Source of the DNA: an uncultured Bdellovibrionales bacterium
GTDB lineage: Bacteria; Patescibacteriota; Minisyncoccia; Moranbacterales; UBA9337
Assembly (NCBI GenBank): GCA_964605525.1
Contig: CAZSCV010000001.1
Span: 82,424-146,423, forward strand
DNA length: 64,000 bases
Direction: 5' to 3'
In this document: in pieces, positions 9,195 to 19,248 of the stretch
How positions within the stretch are numbered: position 1 is the stretch's first letter
Layout: every line of letters begins with the position of its first letter
The notes under the pieces: model-generated
Database searches by the model: none
What the model was told of the DNA's origin: nothing
The model's input: only the letters and a program-made list of their open reading frames with translations
Position numbers and translations under genes: made by a program

Positions 9195-10337
9195 ATGAAA
9201 AAAAGGATATTTTCAGGAATACAGCCGAGTGGAAGTTTGCATATTGGGAATTATTTGGGGGCGATCAAGAATTGGGTCGAGCTTCAAAATGAGTATGAGT
9301 CGATTTTTTGCATTGTGGATTTGCACGCAATAACGGTTTTGCAGAATCCGGAATTACTTCGGAAAAGGACTATTGATATCGCTAAGATTTATTTGGCGGC
9401 AGGGATAGACGCGAAAAAATCGGCAATGTTTGTGCAATCGCATGTTCATCAGCACAGTGAATTGGCTTGGATTTTGAATACGATTACGAAAAACTCGGAT
9501 TTAACAAAAATGACACAATTTAAAGATAAAACAAATATTCAATTTGATTTTGAAACCGTGGCTGAAGGCTTAACAGTATTAGAAAAAGATTTTAAAAAAA
9601 ACAAAGAAATAAAGGAGCTGATGAGAAAACATGGATCTTTGGAATTTGCTAAAAAATTAACATCTATAATACAAAAACAATTTAAGGAAAAAACCTTGAT
9701 TCCATTTAATATGGCAAGTGTAGGACTTTTTGATTATCCGGTCCTCATGGCGGCGGATATTTTGTTGTATGATACACAAGTTGTGCCAGTGGGACAAGAT
9801 CAAGTTCAACACATTGAACTTACCAGAACATTAGCGCGAAGATTTAATAAAAGGTTTGGGGATGTGCTTGTTGTTCCTGATTACTTTTTAAAGGAAGAAA
9901 CCAAAATGATTATGGGACTTGATGATCCGACAAAAAAGATGAGTAAATCAGCAAGCTCCGAATACAATTATATTGCGCTTTTGGATGATCCGAAGGTAAT
10001 TGAGAAAAAAATCAAAAAAGCCGTGACCGGAAGCGGAAGCGAGGTGAAATATTCTGATGACGAGCCGGCGTTGAAAAATTTGATCAACATATACAGCGCT
10101 TTTTCCGGAAAATCTGCCAGCGAAATAGTTTCAGAATACAAAGGAAAAGGATATGCCGATTTCAAAGAAGGATTGACAAAAGTAGTTTTGGATTTTATTA
10201 TTCCTTTTCAGGAAAAATTCAAGGCAATTGACGACAAACAAATTTTGGATATTCTTCAAAAAGGCGCTGAAAAAGTTCAGCCATTGGCGAAGAAAAAAAT
10301 CGAGGAGGTAAAGAAAAAGGTCGGTTTCGTTATTTAA
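9195..10337 (+). CDS. trpS: tryptophan--tRNA ligase
   Basis: SGIQPSGSLHIGNYLGAI (HIGH region) and KMSKS; class I Trp-type N-terminus; carries an insertion, 380 aa. Confidence 0.85.
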   Translation: MKKRIFSGIQPSGSLHIGNYLGAIKNWVELQNEYESIFCIVDLHAITVLQNPELLRKRTIDIAKIYLAAGIDAKKSAMFVQSHVHQHSELAWILNTITKNSDLTKMTQFKDKTNIQFDFETVAEGLTVLEKDFKKNKEIKELMRKHGSLEFAKKLTSIIQKQFKEKTLIPFNMASVGLFDYPVLMAADILLYDTQVVPVGQDQVQHIELTRTLARRFNKRFGDVLVVPDYFLKEETKMIMGLDDPTKKMSKSASSEYNYIALLDDPKVIEKKIKKAVTGSGSEVKYSDDEPALKNLINIYSAFSGKSASEIVSEYKGKGYADFKEGLTKVVLDFIIPFQEKFKAIDDKQILDILQKGAEKVQPLAKKKIEEVKKKVGFVI

Positions 10338-10642
10338 CAACCGAAAAAATGGGAGGAAAAGATGACGATACGACAAAAAGCAGTTATTCTTGCGGTTGTT
10401 ATGACGGCGACGGTTTTTTGGGCAATTAATCATGTGCTGTACGGATAAAGATAAAGGAGGAAAATAATATGATGATGGGAAATGATTGTCATGAAGCTGG
10501 TTTGAATAAGTGTCTCAATAATTGTCGACGGGCAATTTTCTTTCTTTGCTGGATTTTGTCGATTCCAGCGAAAACAATGGCTTTTTTTCATAAACCGAAA
10601 AAGACCTCAAAGTGAGGCACGGACAATGATTCAGTGTGTTGA

Positions 10643-10695
10643 CCCTGGGCTTTGAAGCTTGTAACTACAAGCTTGCTCAGGGCTTTTTTATTTTC
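10643..10695 (+). terminator. Long hairpin plus T-run downstream of trpS
   Basis: CCCTGGGCtttGAAGCTTGTaactACAAGCTTgctCAGGGCttttttatttt. Confidence 0.45.
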
Positions 10696-12058
10696 GAATC
10701 AAATCAAGAAGTTCGTCGCGTTTTTCTTCCATTAATTCCTTGTTGTCGGCTTCGAGGTTGAGGCGCAATACTGGTTCGGTGTTGGACGGGCGGACGTTGA
10801 GCCACCATCTTTTTCCTGGCTGGTTGTCCCAAAAACTAATTTTTATTCCATCCAGTTCTCCGAGTTTTCCGTCTTTATAAATTTCTTTGATTTTTTCAAG
10901 GACTGCATCTTTGTCGGCCACTTCGCTGTTGATTTCTCCACTGTGGTAATATTTTTTCAATTTTTTTGTGAGGGAAGAAATTTTTTCTCCAGTTTCCGCC
11001 ATTAAATTAAGAAGATAAATTGCCGGAAGGGAACCGGCTTCGGCGGTGAAGTTTTCCTCAAAATAATAATGCCCGGAAAGTTCACCGGCAAAAATAGCCC
11101 CTTCTTCGCGCATTTGTTTTTTGATCAGGGCATGACCCACGCGACACTCAATGGCTTTTCCTCCGTTTTCCTCAATGATTTCTTTGACTGCCATTGATGA
11201 ACGCAGGTCGTATAGTATTGTTGCGCCGGGATTTTTTTCCAGGACTATTTCCGCAATGAGTCCCGTAATCAAATCCATAGGAATTATTTCTCCTTTTTCA
11301 TCCACAAAACCGAGACGGTCGCCGTCGCCGTCATAGGAAATTCCCAGGTCGGCTTTTTCTTCGAGAACTTTTTTTTGCAAAGCTTGTAATGTTTCCAGTT
11401 TCAATGGGTTGGCTTCATGATTAGGGAAACTTCCGTCAAATTCTTCAAAAATAGTTACTAGTTCAATGTTTTCCGGAAATTTTTTGTACAGATCTAATTC
11501 CAAAGCGCCCATTGCATTGGCAGTGTCGACAACGATTTTGAATTTCTTGTCACCAAGACTGAAAAAGGAAGAAAGTTTTTTTAGATATTGATCGCGGATG
11601 TCTTTTTCAATAAATTCTCCTTTGATTTCAGTTTCCGAAAAAATATTTTCTGCGACAATGTCGCGAATTTCGTGAAGACCGCTGTTTTCTCCAATTGGAA
11701 CGGCATTGAAGCGACAAAATTTCATTCCATTGTACTCAGCCGGATTGTGCGAAGCGGTGAGTATGATAGCGCCCTCCACGTCCAGTGTTCCGCTGGCAAA
11801 ATATACCATCGGAGTAGTGCAAAGACCCATATCATATACATCTGCTCCTTCATCAATAATTCCTTTTTTTAATTCTTCAAAAAGTGCCGGGCTGGATTGG
11901 CGGATATCTCTTCCGACGGCAACTTTTTTGGCGCCAAGGAAACGAGCAAAAGCTCGTCCTATTTTGTAGGTTATTTCTTCATTGATTTGATCGGGATATG
12001 TTCCGCGTACGTCATAGGCCTTGAATATTTTCATTGTTTCATTGTCAGATTGGTTCAT
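10688..12058 (-). CDS. phosphomannomutase/phosphoglucomutase family protein
   Basis: TASHNPAEYNGMKF (phosphoserine loop), YDVRGTY, GDGDRLGFVDE; likely true start at MKIFKAYDVRG. Confidence 0.8.
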   Translation of the reverse strand: MNQSDNETMKIFKAYDVRGTYPDQINEEITYKIGRAFARFLGAKKVAVGRDIRQSSPALFEELKKGIIDEGADVYDMGLCTTPMVYFASGTLDVEGAIILTASHNPAEYNGMKFCRFNAVPIGENSGLHEIRDIVAENIFSETEIKGEFIEKDIRDQYLKKLSSFFSLGDKKFKIVVDTANAMGALELDLYKKFPENIELVTIFEEFDGSFPNHEANPLKLETLQALQKKVLEEKADLGISYDGDGDRLGFVDEKGEIIPMDLITGLIAEIVLEKNPGATILYDLRSSMAVKEIIEENGGKAIECRVGHALIKKQMREEGAIFAGELSGHYYFEENFTAEAGSLPAIYLLNLMAETGEKISSLTKKLKKYYHSGEINSEVADKDAVLEKIKEIYKDGKLGELDGIKISFWDNQPGKRWWLNVRPSNTEPVLRLNLEADNKELMEEKRDELLDLIRK

Positions 12059-12114
12059 TGTTTTTATTGTTAAAATTATTAGGATGACTGTATTTTAACA
12101 TATTTTGGATAAAT

Positions 12115-12164
12115 AAATAAACACAAAACCGCACAGGGTTGTGCGGCGGGTGTTTTTATTTTGG
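12115..12164. terminator. Bidirectional terminator hairpin CCGCACagggttGTGCGG
   Basis: Hairpin flanked by A-run and T-run, downstream of ybaB on the minus strand. Confidence 0.5.
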
Positions 12165-12200
12165 GTTTACATCTCAAAAGAGAGAAATGTTGCAGACGGA

Positions 12201-12458
12201 TTACATTGATGGCATACTTATGTTTCCGGCTTTCATTTCTTTTTGCATTTTCTTTTGAATGTTGAGCATAGCGGTGTTGATGGATTTGAGCATATTTTTT
12301 TCCAAATCTTTGGACTCTCTGGCTTGCGGGCTAATTTGAACACTCACGACTTGCATTGCGCCGTTGACGGTGATTTTGATTCCTTTATAATCTTCAGAGG
12401 AAGTCATTCCTTCCAAAAGTTTTTTCATTTGATACATCTGCTTCATTTTGTCGAACAT
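12201..12458 (-). CDS. ybaB: YbaB/EbfC family nucleoid-associated protein
   Basis: MFDKMKQMYQMKKLLEGM…ITVNGAMQVVSVQISP resembles YbaB ([20 protein letters not shown]…VTINGAHNC). Confidence 0.7.
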   Translation of the reverse strand: MFDKMKQMYQMKKLLEGMTSSEDYKGIKITVNGAMQVVSVQISPQARESKDLEKNMLKSINTAMLNIQKKMQKEMKAGNISMPSM

Positions 12459-12462
12459 ACGG

Positions 12463-12550
12463 GGTTAATTTTCAATGCTTAATTTTTAATTTTTCCGCCC
12501 AAGGCGGACCAGCCTTGGGCTGGCAAACAATTTACAATGAATAAATTTTT
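12463..12550. repeat. GC-rich paired-hairpin mini-element, long form (copy B)
   Basis: CCGCCcaaGGCGG plus ACCAGCCttgGGCTGG with AT-rich ttcaatg…tttacaatg flanks. Confidence 0.7.
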
Positions 12551-12912
12551 TAAATGAAAAAATAAAAAATGAGATTGAAATATGTATTAAGTGTTATGGT
12601 TATAATAATACATTGACAAGTTTTGATTTGCAAGGGAAAATCTATAAGTACTGTATATTTAATTTATTTTGACGAATTCAGCTGAAATTATTTGTATATT
12701 TGTAGCTGATTTGTAATTTTGTAAAAATATGAAAATTGGCATAAAGCAAGCACTACCAGACATTCTACTTGCAACACTTCTGAAAAAATCATACCTTTTG
12801 CCTTTACTATAAAACTGCCATCGCCTCAATATGAGAGGCTAATAACAGCTCGCAATTCGCAGGGGAGAATTATTCATTCTACCCCGATTTAATTATTAAA
12901 AAAAGTAAACAT

Positions 12913-13350
12913 ATGAGTTATAACTACACAAAAAAAGAAGATGGTAAAAATAATACTGGCAGACCAAAAAAGTTCCTTTATCCAAAGGAGCTAGAAAAGA
13001 AAGGGATGGAATACATTGAAGATTGTCGGACTAATAAGAAGCCCATCACTATTACAGGGCTTTGTTTGTGGCTTGGGACTACAAGAGATACGCTAATGGA
13101 TTATCAGAGAAAAGAAGAGTTTTCCGACACGATAAAAAGACTTAAACTTTATGCTGAAAATTATGCTGAGGAATACTTATACAATCCTAACGGGCGGGCG
13201 GTTGTTGGGGCTATTTTTGCCCTTAAAAACTTCGGGTGGAGCGACAAATTGGAACTTGAAACAAGCCAGAAAACATCTGGAGCAATGACAGCCGAAGAAA
13301 GAGCTGAGGCACAGGAAAGATTAAGAAATTTCAGCGAAAAGATTTGCTAG
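12913..13350 (+). CDS. phage terminase small subunit-like protein (HTH)
   Basis: PITITGLCLWLGTTRDTLMDYQRKE resembles the HTH of Terminase_2/P27-type small terminase subunits. Confidence 0.45.
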   Translation: MSYNYTKKEDGKNNTGRPKKFLYPKELEKKGMEYIEDCRTNKKPITITGLCLWLGTTRDTLMDYQRKEEFSDTIKRLKLYAENYAEEYLYNPNGRAVVGAIFALKNFGWSDKLELETSQKTSGAMTAEERAEAQERLRNFSEKIC

Positions 13351-13448
13351 GGGTATACCATGCCCCCATGGGGGCTTAACTGACATAATCAAGTAGTACC
13401 TTACTTGTATCACGCCAAAAACAAAAAGGCTTAAATTTTCACAGTCTG

Positions 13449-15005
13449 CTAGTTGATTAAAGAAAAAGTAGCTATGGATTTATCCACAAGAGATTTATCA
13501 TAATTAGTATTGTTTCCTTTTTCATAGCTTCCAATGATTGTGTAAATTTTCCCTTTATTAACAAAGTAATAAAAAGTCTGGCTAAGTCCACCCATCTTGC
13601 CATCGGTTTTTTGGACAGACGAAGCAACTGTATAATATGCAGATTTTTTATTTCCTATATAAGTTAATCCTTTTTCAATCAATGCGAAGCTGGTAAATTT
13701 TTTCAATCTTTCATCAATTGTTGCATTAAGAAACTTATTGGCATAATCATTGGATGGGTCACTTAAATTAAGTGATGAAAGCTCGCTTTTATCTTTTCCA
13801 AAGAAATATTCATCCACTGGATAACCTCCTAAATTTCTGCCTATTTGAACAGTCACGGCAGTCATGAGGTCTTTTTTTGCTGCTTTTCCAAAATACTGTT
13901 CCGAAGAAGCATCGCTCACTTGCCAATCTCTGGGGAATTTTATACTAAATCCATATTCATCATTGTTATATAATTCACCATCAAAGCCTTTCTTGAACAA
14001 CTTAGCTATGTCTTCCAGTGGCTGAATCAATCCTAAATTTTCAAAATTGCCTCTACTTACCCATGTTGGAATACCTGCAAGACAAATCTTATTATCAATT
14101 TTGGAAACAGCAAGACCACCAGAATTTCCAGAATCTATTTTGGCATCAGTATAGTAGTTGCCATTACCGTCAATCCCACTAACAATTCCAGATGTGACAA
14201 TTAAATTATGTTCTTCTTTGTATGTATCCATTTTAAGTGCGGATGCTGGGTATCCAAAAACATATACCTTACTACCGACCATTTTATCTTTGGAACAAAT
14301 TGGATAATTTTTTAATACCCTGTCTTTTAAATTTTCATCGCTAAAACTCGGTCGCCCCTCTTGTTTTTTACCTCCAATTTCTTCTGCGTATTTTAAAAGT
14401 GCAACATCAAATCTACCATCCAAAAATTGAGTACCTTGATTGTAAGAATATGTTCCTAGTGCTTCTTTACCACTAAACGAAACTACGCAACTGTTTAAAT
14501 CAATACCGCTAGAGGGCACCTCTTTTAATTCGGCAACATGTCCGTTAGTCAACACATTTGTTTTTTTATAACTGAAATTTTTTTCATCAAAGGGCTTTTC
14601 TTCAAAGATGGCCTCGTCAAAAAGAGTTCCAGAGCCAAAGAGTGCACCTGTTGGATTTGTTGCTGTTCTTTCTTTTCCGAAACAAAGCAATAATACTAAG
14701 GATTTAGATATTTCATTTATATCTTGACTGTTAAGTTCGCCACTTTGAATATTGGATGAATCATCGGATGTCTTCTTAATATCGGATTGATTTTTGATAA
14801 AATAAAGCATGCCCACTACAATTAAACTAAGCACAAAAAACATCACCAATAACCAAATTATTTTTTTCAAACCATTGTTGTTTTTTCGCAAAAGCTGTTC
14901 AGCTGAATAGTTGGATTTATTTGTAGAAATTAAATCACTTTTACAATGCTTGCATTTGTTTGCTTCGTCTTGAATTTCTTCAAAACAATATGGACATTTT
15001 TTCAT
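13449..15005 (-). CDS. membrane-anchored trypsin-like serine peptidase with N-terminal zinc ribbon
   Basis: CPYCFEE…CKHCKS zinc ribbon, TM helix, then VLTNGHVAE (His) and KIDSGNSGGLAV (GDSGG-like Ser); start set at MKKCPYC. Confidence 0.6.
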   Translation of the reverse strand: MKKCPYCFEEIQDEANKCKHCKSDLISTNKSNYSAEQLLRKNNNGLKKIIWLLVMFFVLSLIVVGMLYFIKNQSDIKKTSDDSSNIQSGELNSQDINEISKSLVLLLCFGKERTATNPTGALFGSGTLFDEAIFEEKPFDEKNFSYKKTNVLTNGHVAELKEVPSSGIDLNSCVVSFSGKEALGTYSYNQGTQFLDGRFDVALLKYAEEIGGKKQEGRPSFSDENLKDRVLKNYPICSKDKMVGSKVYVFGYPASALKMDTYKEEHNLIVTSGIVSGIDGNGNYYTDAKIDSGNSGGLAVSKIDNKICLAGIPTWVSRGNFENLGLIQPLEDIAKLFKKGFDGELYNNDEYGFSIKFPRDWQVSDASSEQYFGKAAKKDLMTAVTVQIGRNLGGYPVDEYFFGKDKSELSSLNLSDPSNDYANKFLNATIDERLKKFTSFALIEKGLTYIGNKKSAYYTVASSVQKTDGKMGGLSQTFYYFVNKGKIYTIIGSYEKGNNTNYDKSLVDKSIATFSLIN

Positions 15006-15036
15006 AATTTTATTTTGATTTATTAAAACGAATGCT

Positions 15037-16092
15037 TTACGGAATAAAAATCGTAATAGCTTTTGAGCCATCACCCTTATTCTTATCAAAAATAAGTTCA
15101 TTCCCTTTACTATCTGTCATTTTTCTAACCACAAAAGAATACACGGCCTCACCGTTTCTTTCTTGAAGAACCGCATCTTCTGCTACTGTTTCGCAATCAA
15201 AAGAATAATCAATAGTGCCATCCTTGTCGGTGGTTTTAGTTTTTAATATTTTATCTGAATCGTCTGAATGGCTAATTGCTCCACGCATTAACTCCCAATC
15301 AAGCTCTTCAATATCTCCATAAGGGCTGTATGTATTGGCACTTGCTTTTATTGTTTTTCCACAAGCATATTTATTTGCTTCAGCTTCTGGTGTGGTATCT
15401 AAAGAAATTAGTAATCTTGGTTCTCCAATATAATGTATAAAATATCCATTGGTTTTATCTTTTTTACCATTGCTACTAGTGACTGTTAGAATGACATTGA
15501 AATTACTGAATGAATTTGTATTGTAGGTGTTGGTTACTTTTTTTCCTGTTCCGACTTTGCCATCGCCAAAATCCCAATCATAAGAAATAATATCCCCACC
15601 TGAATTACTAGCATCAAAACTTACAGTGTCTCCCTTAAATACTTGTGTTGTGTAGGTATAGATTTTTGTATTTCTAAATCCAGTTGCTGTAAAATATGCA
15701 TTTGGCGAAGAATCATCAATAACTTCTTGCACGTCAGCATCTTCTTGGTTGTTTTGTGATGAATCGGAATTATCGGATGAATTATTATCTTCTGATTTTT
15801 TATCATCCTTCTTGTTATTAGTTTTCTTCTTTGATGATTTACTATCAGATTTGTTTTGAGTTTCTTCCTTATTTTCCACCACGGTATTTTCTTCAGTGGT
15901 TTGCTGTGTATTTTGAGGAGTTTCAATTGTTTGTGTGTTTTCCGTTTCAATGCCTGCCACTTCTTGCTCCGATGAATTATCTTCAGTTTGTGAATCTTTT
16001 TGAATGTCATTTTTTGAACAACCAGCTAAAACAAAAACAGCCAGAAAAAGCGTTGGGATTAAAATTAGATTTGGCCTTATCTTTAATTTCAT
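15037..16092 (-). CDS. PKD-domain lipoprotein
   Basis: Lipobox LAGCSK; low-complexity S/N/D/K linker; GDTVSFDASNSGGDIISYDWDFGDG PKD motif. Confidence 0.55.
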   Translation of the reverse strand: MKLKIRPNLILIPTLFLAVFVLAGCSKNDIQKDSQTEDNSSEQEVAGIETENTQTIETPQNTQQTTEENTVVENKEETQNKSDSKSSKKKTNNKKDDKKSEDNNSSDNSDSSQNNQEDADVQEVIDDSSPNAYFTATGFRNTKIYTYTTQVFKGDTVSFDASNSGGDIISYDWDFGDGKVGTGKKVTNTYNTNSFSNFNVILTVTSSNGKKDKTNGYFIHYIGEPRLLISLDTTPEAEANKYACGKTIKASANTYSPYGDIEELDWELMRGAISHSDDSDKILKTKTTDKDGTIDYSFDCETVAEDAVLQERNGEAVYSFVVRKMTDSKGNELIFDKNKGDGSKAITIFIP

Positions 16093-16349
16093 TTAGGTGA
16101 ATTTGAAATAATTTGGAAATAAAAAAGGCAACCCTACTGGTTGCAACGCCCAATTAGACAGGTTATGCCCAATTGTTTTAAGTAGGATTGCCCTTTTTAG
16201 GCACAACCCTACCTCCACCTTAAAGGCAGAGCCTATTTAATTGGACGTTGCATGTTTAATCTAGCATTAAATGCCCAAAAAAACAAGCTTTTGGCTTGAT
16301 TTTGGGCATTTTTTGAGATAAAATAAAGGAAATTAAGATTAAAATTACT

Positions 16350-17081
16350 ATGAACACATCAATATTTGACGACATGAGAGAGGAAGCAAGAAGAGAACTC
16401 AGAGAGAAGGAGGAAATGAGAGAAAATATAAGAATAAAGAAAATTCAGGCAGTTGGAGGAAATCAATTAAACTATGCCGTTCAGGAAATAATCAAAAAAA
16501 CAATTTTAAACAAAGAATCTTTTCAAATAGAGCTTCTTGATTTAGGTTTTTCTGAAACAATGGATGGCATAGGAGACGCAACAAAACTTCTGAACATATT
16601 AAAAGATAATAAGTGTATTGGAAACTTTAGCAACTTAAGCAATCGTGGATTTCAAATAGAAAAACCAGATAAGCATAGATTAGAAATCTATAATGAATAT
16701 TTAAATGGAACTAAAAAAAATCTAGGTCATGTTAAAGAAGGCATTAAGCCTAAATCATTGTTTGCAAAAGATTTAAGCTCCGAAATGGAAGTGGGAAATT
16801 TGACGGCTTATAGCGATGGAACAATACGATATAAAAAAGAAATTATCCCTTTAAGAAATCAACTAAAAGACCTTTGCAGGCTATTTATGCAAAATCCGAA
16901 GAGATTAATTACTGTTGATGATATAAAAGAAGCAATAATACATGCAGATAAAAGGAAAAGTACTTCACACACAACTATATCTAAATATGTTAGCGAGCTT
17001 CATAATTCATTGAAAATTCATTTTCAAAAAGATGTAATTTTCAATCAATACGAGGAAGGATGGTATTTTGATATAAAATAG
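16350..17081 (+). CDS. hypothetical protein with C-terminal OmpR/PhoB-type winged-helix domain
   Basis: LRNQLKDLCRLFMQNPKRLITVDDIKEAI…TTISKYVSELHNSLKIH…EEGWYFDI resembles trans_reg_C. Confidence 0.45.
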   Translation: MNTSIFDDMREEARRELREKEEMRENIRIKKIQAVGGNQLNYAVQEIIKKTILNKESFQIELLDLGFSETMDGIGDATKLLNILKDNKCIGNFSNLSNRGFQIEKPDKHRLEIYNEYLNGTKKNLGHVKEGIKPKSLFAKDLSSEMEVGNLTAYSDGTIRYKKEIIPLRNQLKDLCRLFMQNPKRLITVDDIKEAIIHADKRKSTSHTTISKYVSELHNSLKIHFQKDVIFNQYEEGWYFDIK

Positions 17082-17169
17082 AGAGCAAGAAATTGATTTA
17101 AAATTGAATATTGAATGAAAGCACCCATTTAAAATAAGGGTGCTTTTTGATTATTAAAATTTAAACTCC

Positions 17170-17391
17170 ATGAAGAAAATAAAAGATTTAAATCAGGCAA
17201 GTTTTCTGAAGCTTAGAAAACTTAAATTACACGGCCAACCAGAATGGATTGGCGATGTTGCCTATTTTGTTTTTGAAGACGATGGCCGAGCTAACCAGCT
17301 AATTGAAGCCTATATCAATGGCGAAGCTATTGGCAATCTAAAGGAATTTGCAGAAGCACAAAAAACTTTAAAGCAGATGTTATTTAAATAA
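17170..17391 (+). CDS. hypothetical protein
   Basis: 73-aa ORF within the phage-like element. Confidence 0.3.
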   Translation: MKKIKDLNQASFLKLRKLKLHGQPEWIGDVAYFVFEDDGRANQLIEAYINGEAIGNLKEFAEAQKTLKQMLFK

Positions 17392-17415
17392 TTCTTAAAA
17401 ATTTATATTAAAAAA

Positions 17416-17703
17416 ATGAGCAACAACACACTATCGGGCGAATTGTCCGAAAAAATTAGAAGCATGGCAAACAAAAGTTATGGCCTTGGCAGAATCTTCA
17501 ATCATTTGAGAAAACTAAAATCATGTGAGCAGATTAGCGATTTAGGGATTTTCAGACTTGCACTTTGCGAATTAAAAAATTCGGAAAGATTGCCATCTAA
17601 AAATAAAATCAGATACCACTTTAGAAATAAAGTTAGCAAGGCAGATTGGGAGGGAACGTCAAAAAATGAAGTTCTTGAGGACTTATATAATCCGACCCGT
17701 TAA
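17416..17703 (+). CDS. hypothetical protein
   Basis: 95-aa ORF. Confidence 0.3.
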   Translation: MSNNTLSGELSEKIRSMANKSYGLGRIFNHLRKLKSCEQISDLGIFRLALCELKNSERLPSKNKIRYHFRNKVSKADWEGTSKNEVLEDLYNPTR

Positions 17704-17813
17704 TATGTGAACTTTTTGAAACAATTATTGAGCCATGAAGGGCATTAGCCAATGAGCTACACATAGTTGCTCAACAAAGCAGAAAATCATTATTTATATT
17801 TAAATTTATCGGC

Positions 17814-18839
17814 ATGTCTACACTGGATGATTATAAAATCTATATTCACAGGGAACGTGGCTTTGTCTATCTCCCATTGTTCGCAAACATGAAATCTTCG
17901 GAAGTGCTTGACCTTAGAATTGAAGGCTTTTGTTTCATCCCAAACAAGCAACTAGGAACTGATAAATTTGGGCGAAAAATATCTATCTGTACAGCTGAAG
18001 GAGAAGTTTTTGCTGGCATAAATTTAACAAATGGAAAAGTGTTTTTTGATACGACAATGGGATTGCAAAAAATGCTCAATAAATTAATTGATTCGCTGAC
18101 AAAAGCTGGATACAAAATTAATAATCCAGAGGCTAAGCATGGATATGTTGAAATATGTGCCAGATTCCCACGAGAAATGGTTGGTAAATCCTACGTGTTA
18201 CTTAAAAAAATAAGTATTATATTCCGAACTAAAAAAACCAACACAATCAGAAAAAGGCATGATTCATTGGATTGTGATTGGCTTTATCTCGTCAAGAATA
18301 TTTTATTTGGAAAATACATTGTCAATGTAAAAGTATACCTTGCTGTTAAGTATGCCAAGAACAAATGCGACAACAATCGGATTATTGGATTTGATAATGC
18401 TCGTTTACCAAAAATAGAAGTGCAAATAACAAAACCAAAAAACATACACATTGCTAAAAATGAAGCAATCCCGATTATTATTGCATTTTTAAAAACGCTT
18501 GGTTGTTCAGGCAACGAAATGATTGAGGAAGATTATGAGAAAGTAAGGTTTGCGGAAAAAAATGCAGAAGGTTACCAGCAGATATTTCTTCAATTTAATA
18601 AATTTGAGAACAAGCAAGAAAGAGTTTTTGTAGACAAGAAAAATATCACTGAAAGAGGCATTAAAATTACGCAACTATTATATGAAAAACCACGCAGTGT
18701 AAAGGAAATTAAAAATATACTCAAGGTTAGTGAGAACACTATAAGAATAGAACTAAGCAAGCTAATAAAAGAAAAAATAATTTATTCCAGAGGCCGAAAA
18801 GGAGTGCAAATAATGTATGCGGTTAGATTGCAACCTTAA
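17814..18839 (+). CDS. hypothetical protein with C-terminal winged-helix-like region
   Basis: 341 aa; C-terminal SVKEIKNILKVSENTIRIELSKLIKEKIIYSRGRKG. Confidence 0.4.
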   Translation: MSTLDDYKIYIHRERGFVYLPLFANMKSSEVLDLRIEGFCFIPNKQLGTDKFGRKISICTAEGEVFAGINLTNGKVFFDTTMGLQKMLNKLIDSLTKAGYKINNPEAKHGYVEICARFPREMVGKSYVLLKKISIIFRTKKTNTIRKRHDSLDCDWLYLVKNILFGKYIVNVKVYLAVKYAKNKCDNNRIIGFDNARLPKIEVQITKPKNIHIAKNEAIPIIIAFLKTLGCSGNEMIEEDYEKVRFAEKNAEGYQQIFLQFNKFENKQERVFVDKKNITERGIKITQLLYEKPRSVKEIKNILKVSENTIRIELSKLIKEKIIYSRGRKGVQIMYAVRLQP

Positions 18840-18871
18840 TGGCATAACAGACCCCCATAAAGTTTACCAAG

Positions 18872-19057
18872 ATGATTAGCGAGGAAAAACTGGAAAATTT
18901 GAAAGGTATGACTTCAACCAAGACTAGAAAACGAAGTCAGCCTACGATAAGCTACCAGCTTGCCGAAAATGAAGGCGGGTCGCTTGGTAATGCTTTTGAT
19001 ATTTTGTTTGAAGAAACTTTAAGGCAAAATAATGATTTGACAACTAATGACAATTAG
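18872..19057 (+). CDS. hypothetical small protein
   Basis: 61-aa ORF. Confidence 0.25.
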   Translation: MISEEKLENLKGMTSTKTRKRSQPTISYQLAENEGGSLGNAFDILFEETLRQNNDLTTNDN

Positions 19058-19072
19058 GAATATAATAAATGT

Positions 19073-19242
19073 ATGGAATTTCTCACACTAGAACAAGTAG
19101 CTGAATACTTCGGAGTTCATCCCCGCACCGTGATGCGTTGGCTTAAACAAGGCATACTTAAAGGCTATAAATTGGGCAAAGGCAAAACGGCTTTGCTTCG
19201 TATTCCAAAATCCGAGGTCAAAAAATTTTTAGATAAACATAA
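19073..19242 (+). CDS. excisionase/Xis-like helix-turn-helix DNA-binding protein (56 aa, absent from the ORF track)
   Basis: Hand translation: MEFLTLEQVAEYFGVHPRTVMRWLKQGILKGYKLGKGKTALLRIPKSEVKKFLDKHKIK, a MerR/Xis-type HTH; lies immediately upstream of the serine recombinase. Confidence 0.55.
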
Positions 19243-19248
19243 AATCAA

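Noticed and set aside
15621-16010. 129-aa Lys/Arg-rich ORF overlapping the PKD lipoprotein in another frame
   Set aside because: The low-complexity A-rich coding region produces K-rich alternative frames. The lipoprotein frame has signal peptide, lipobox and PKD motif.
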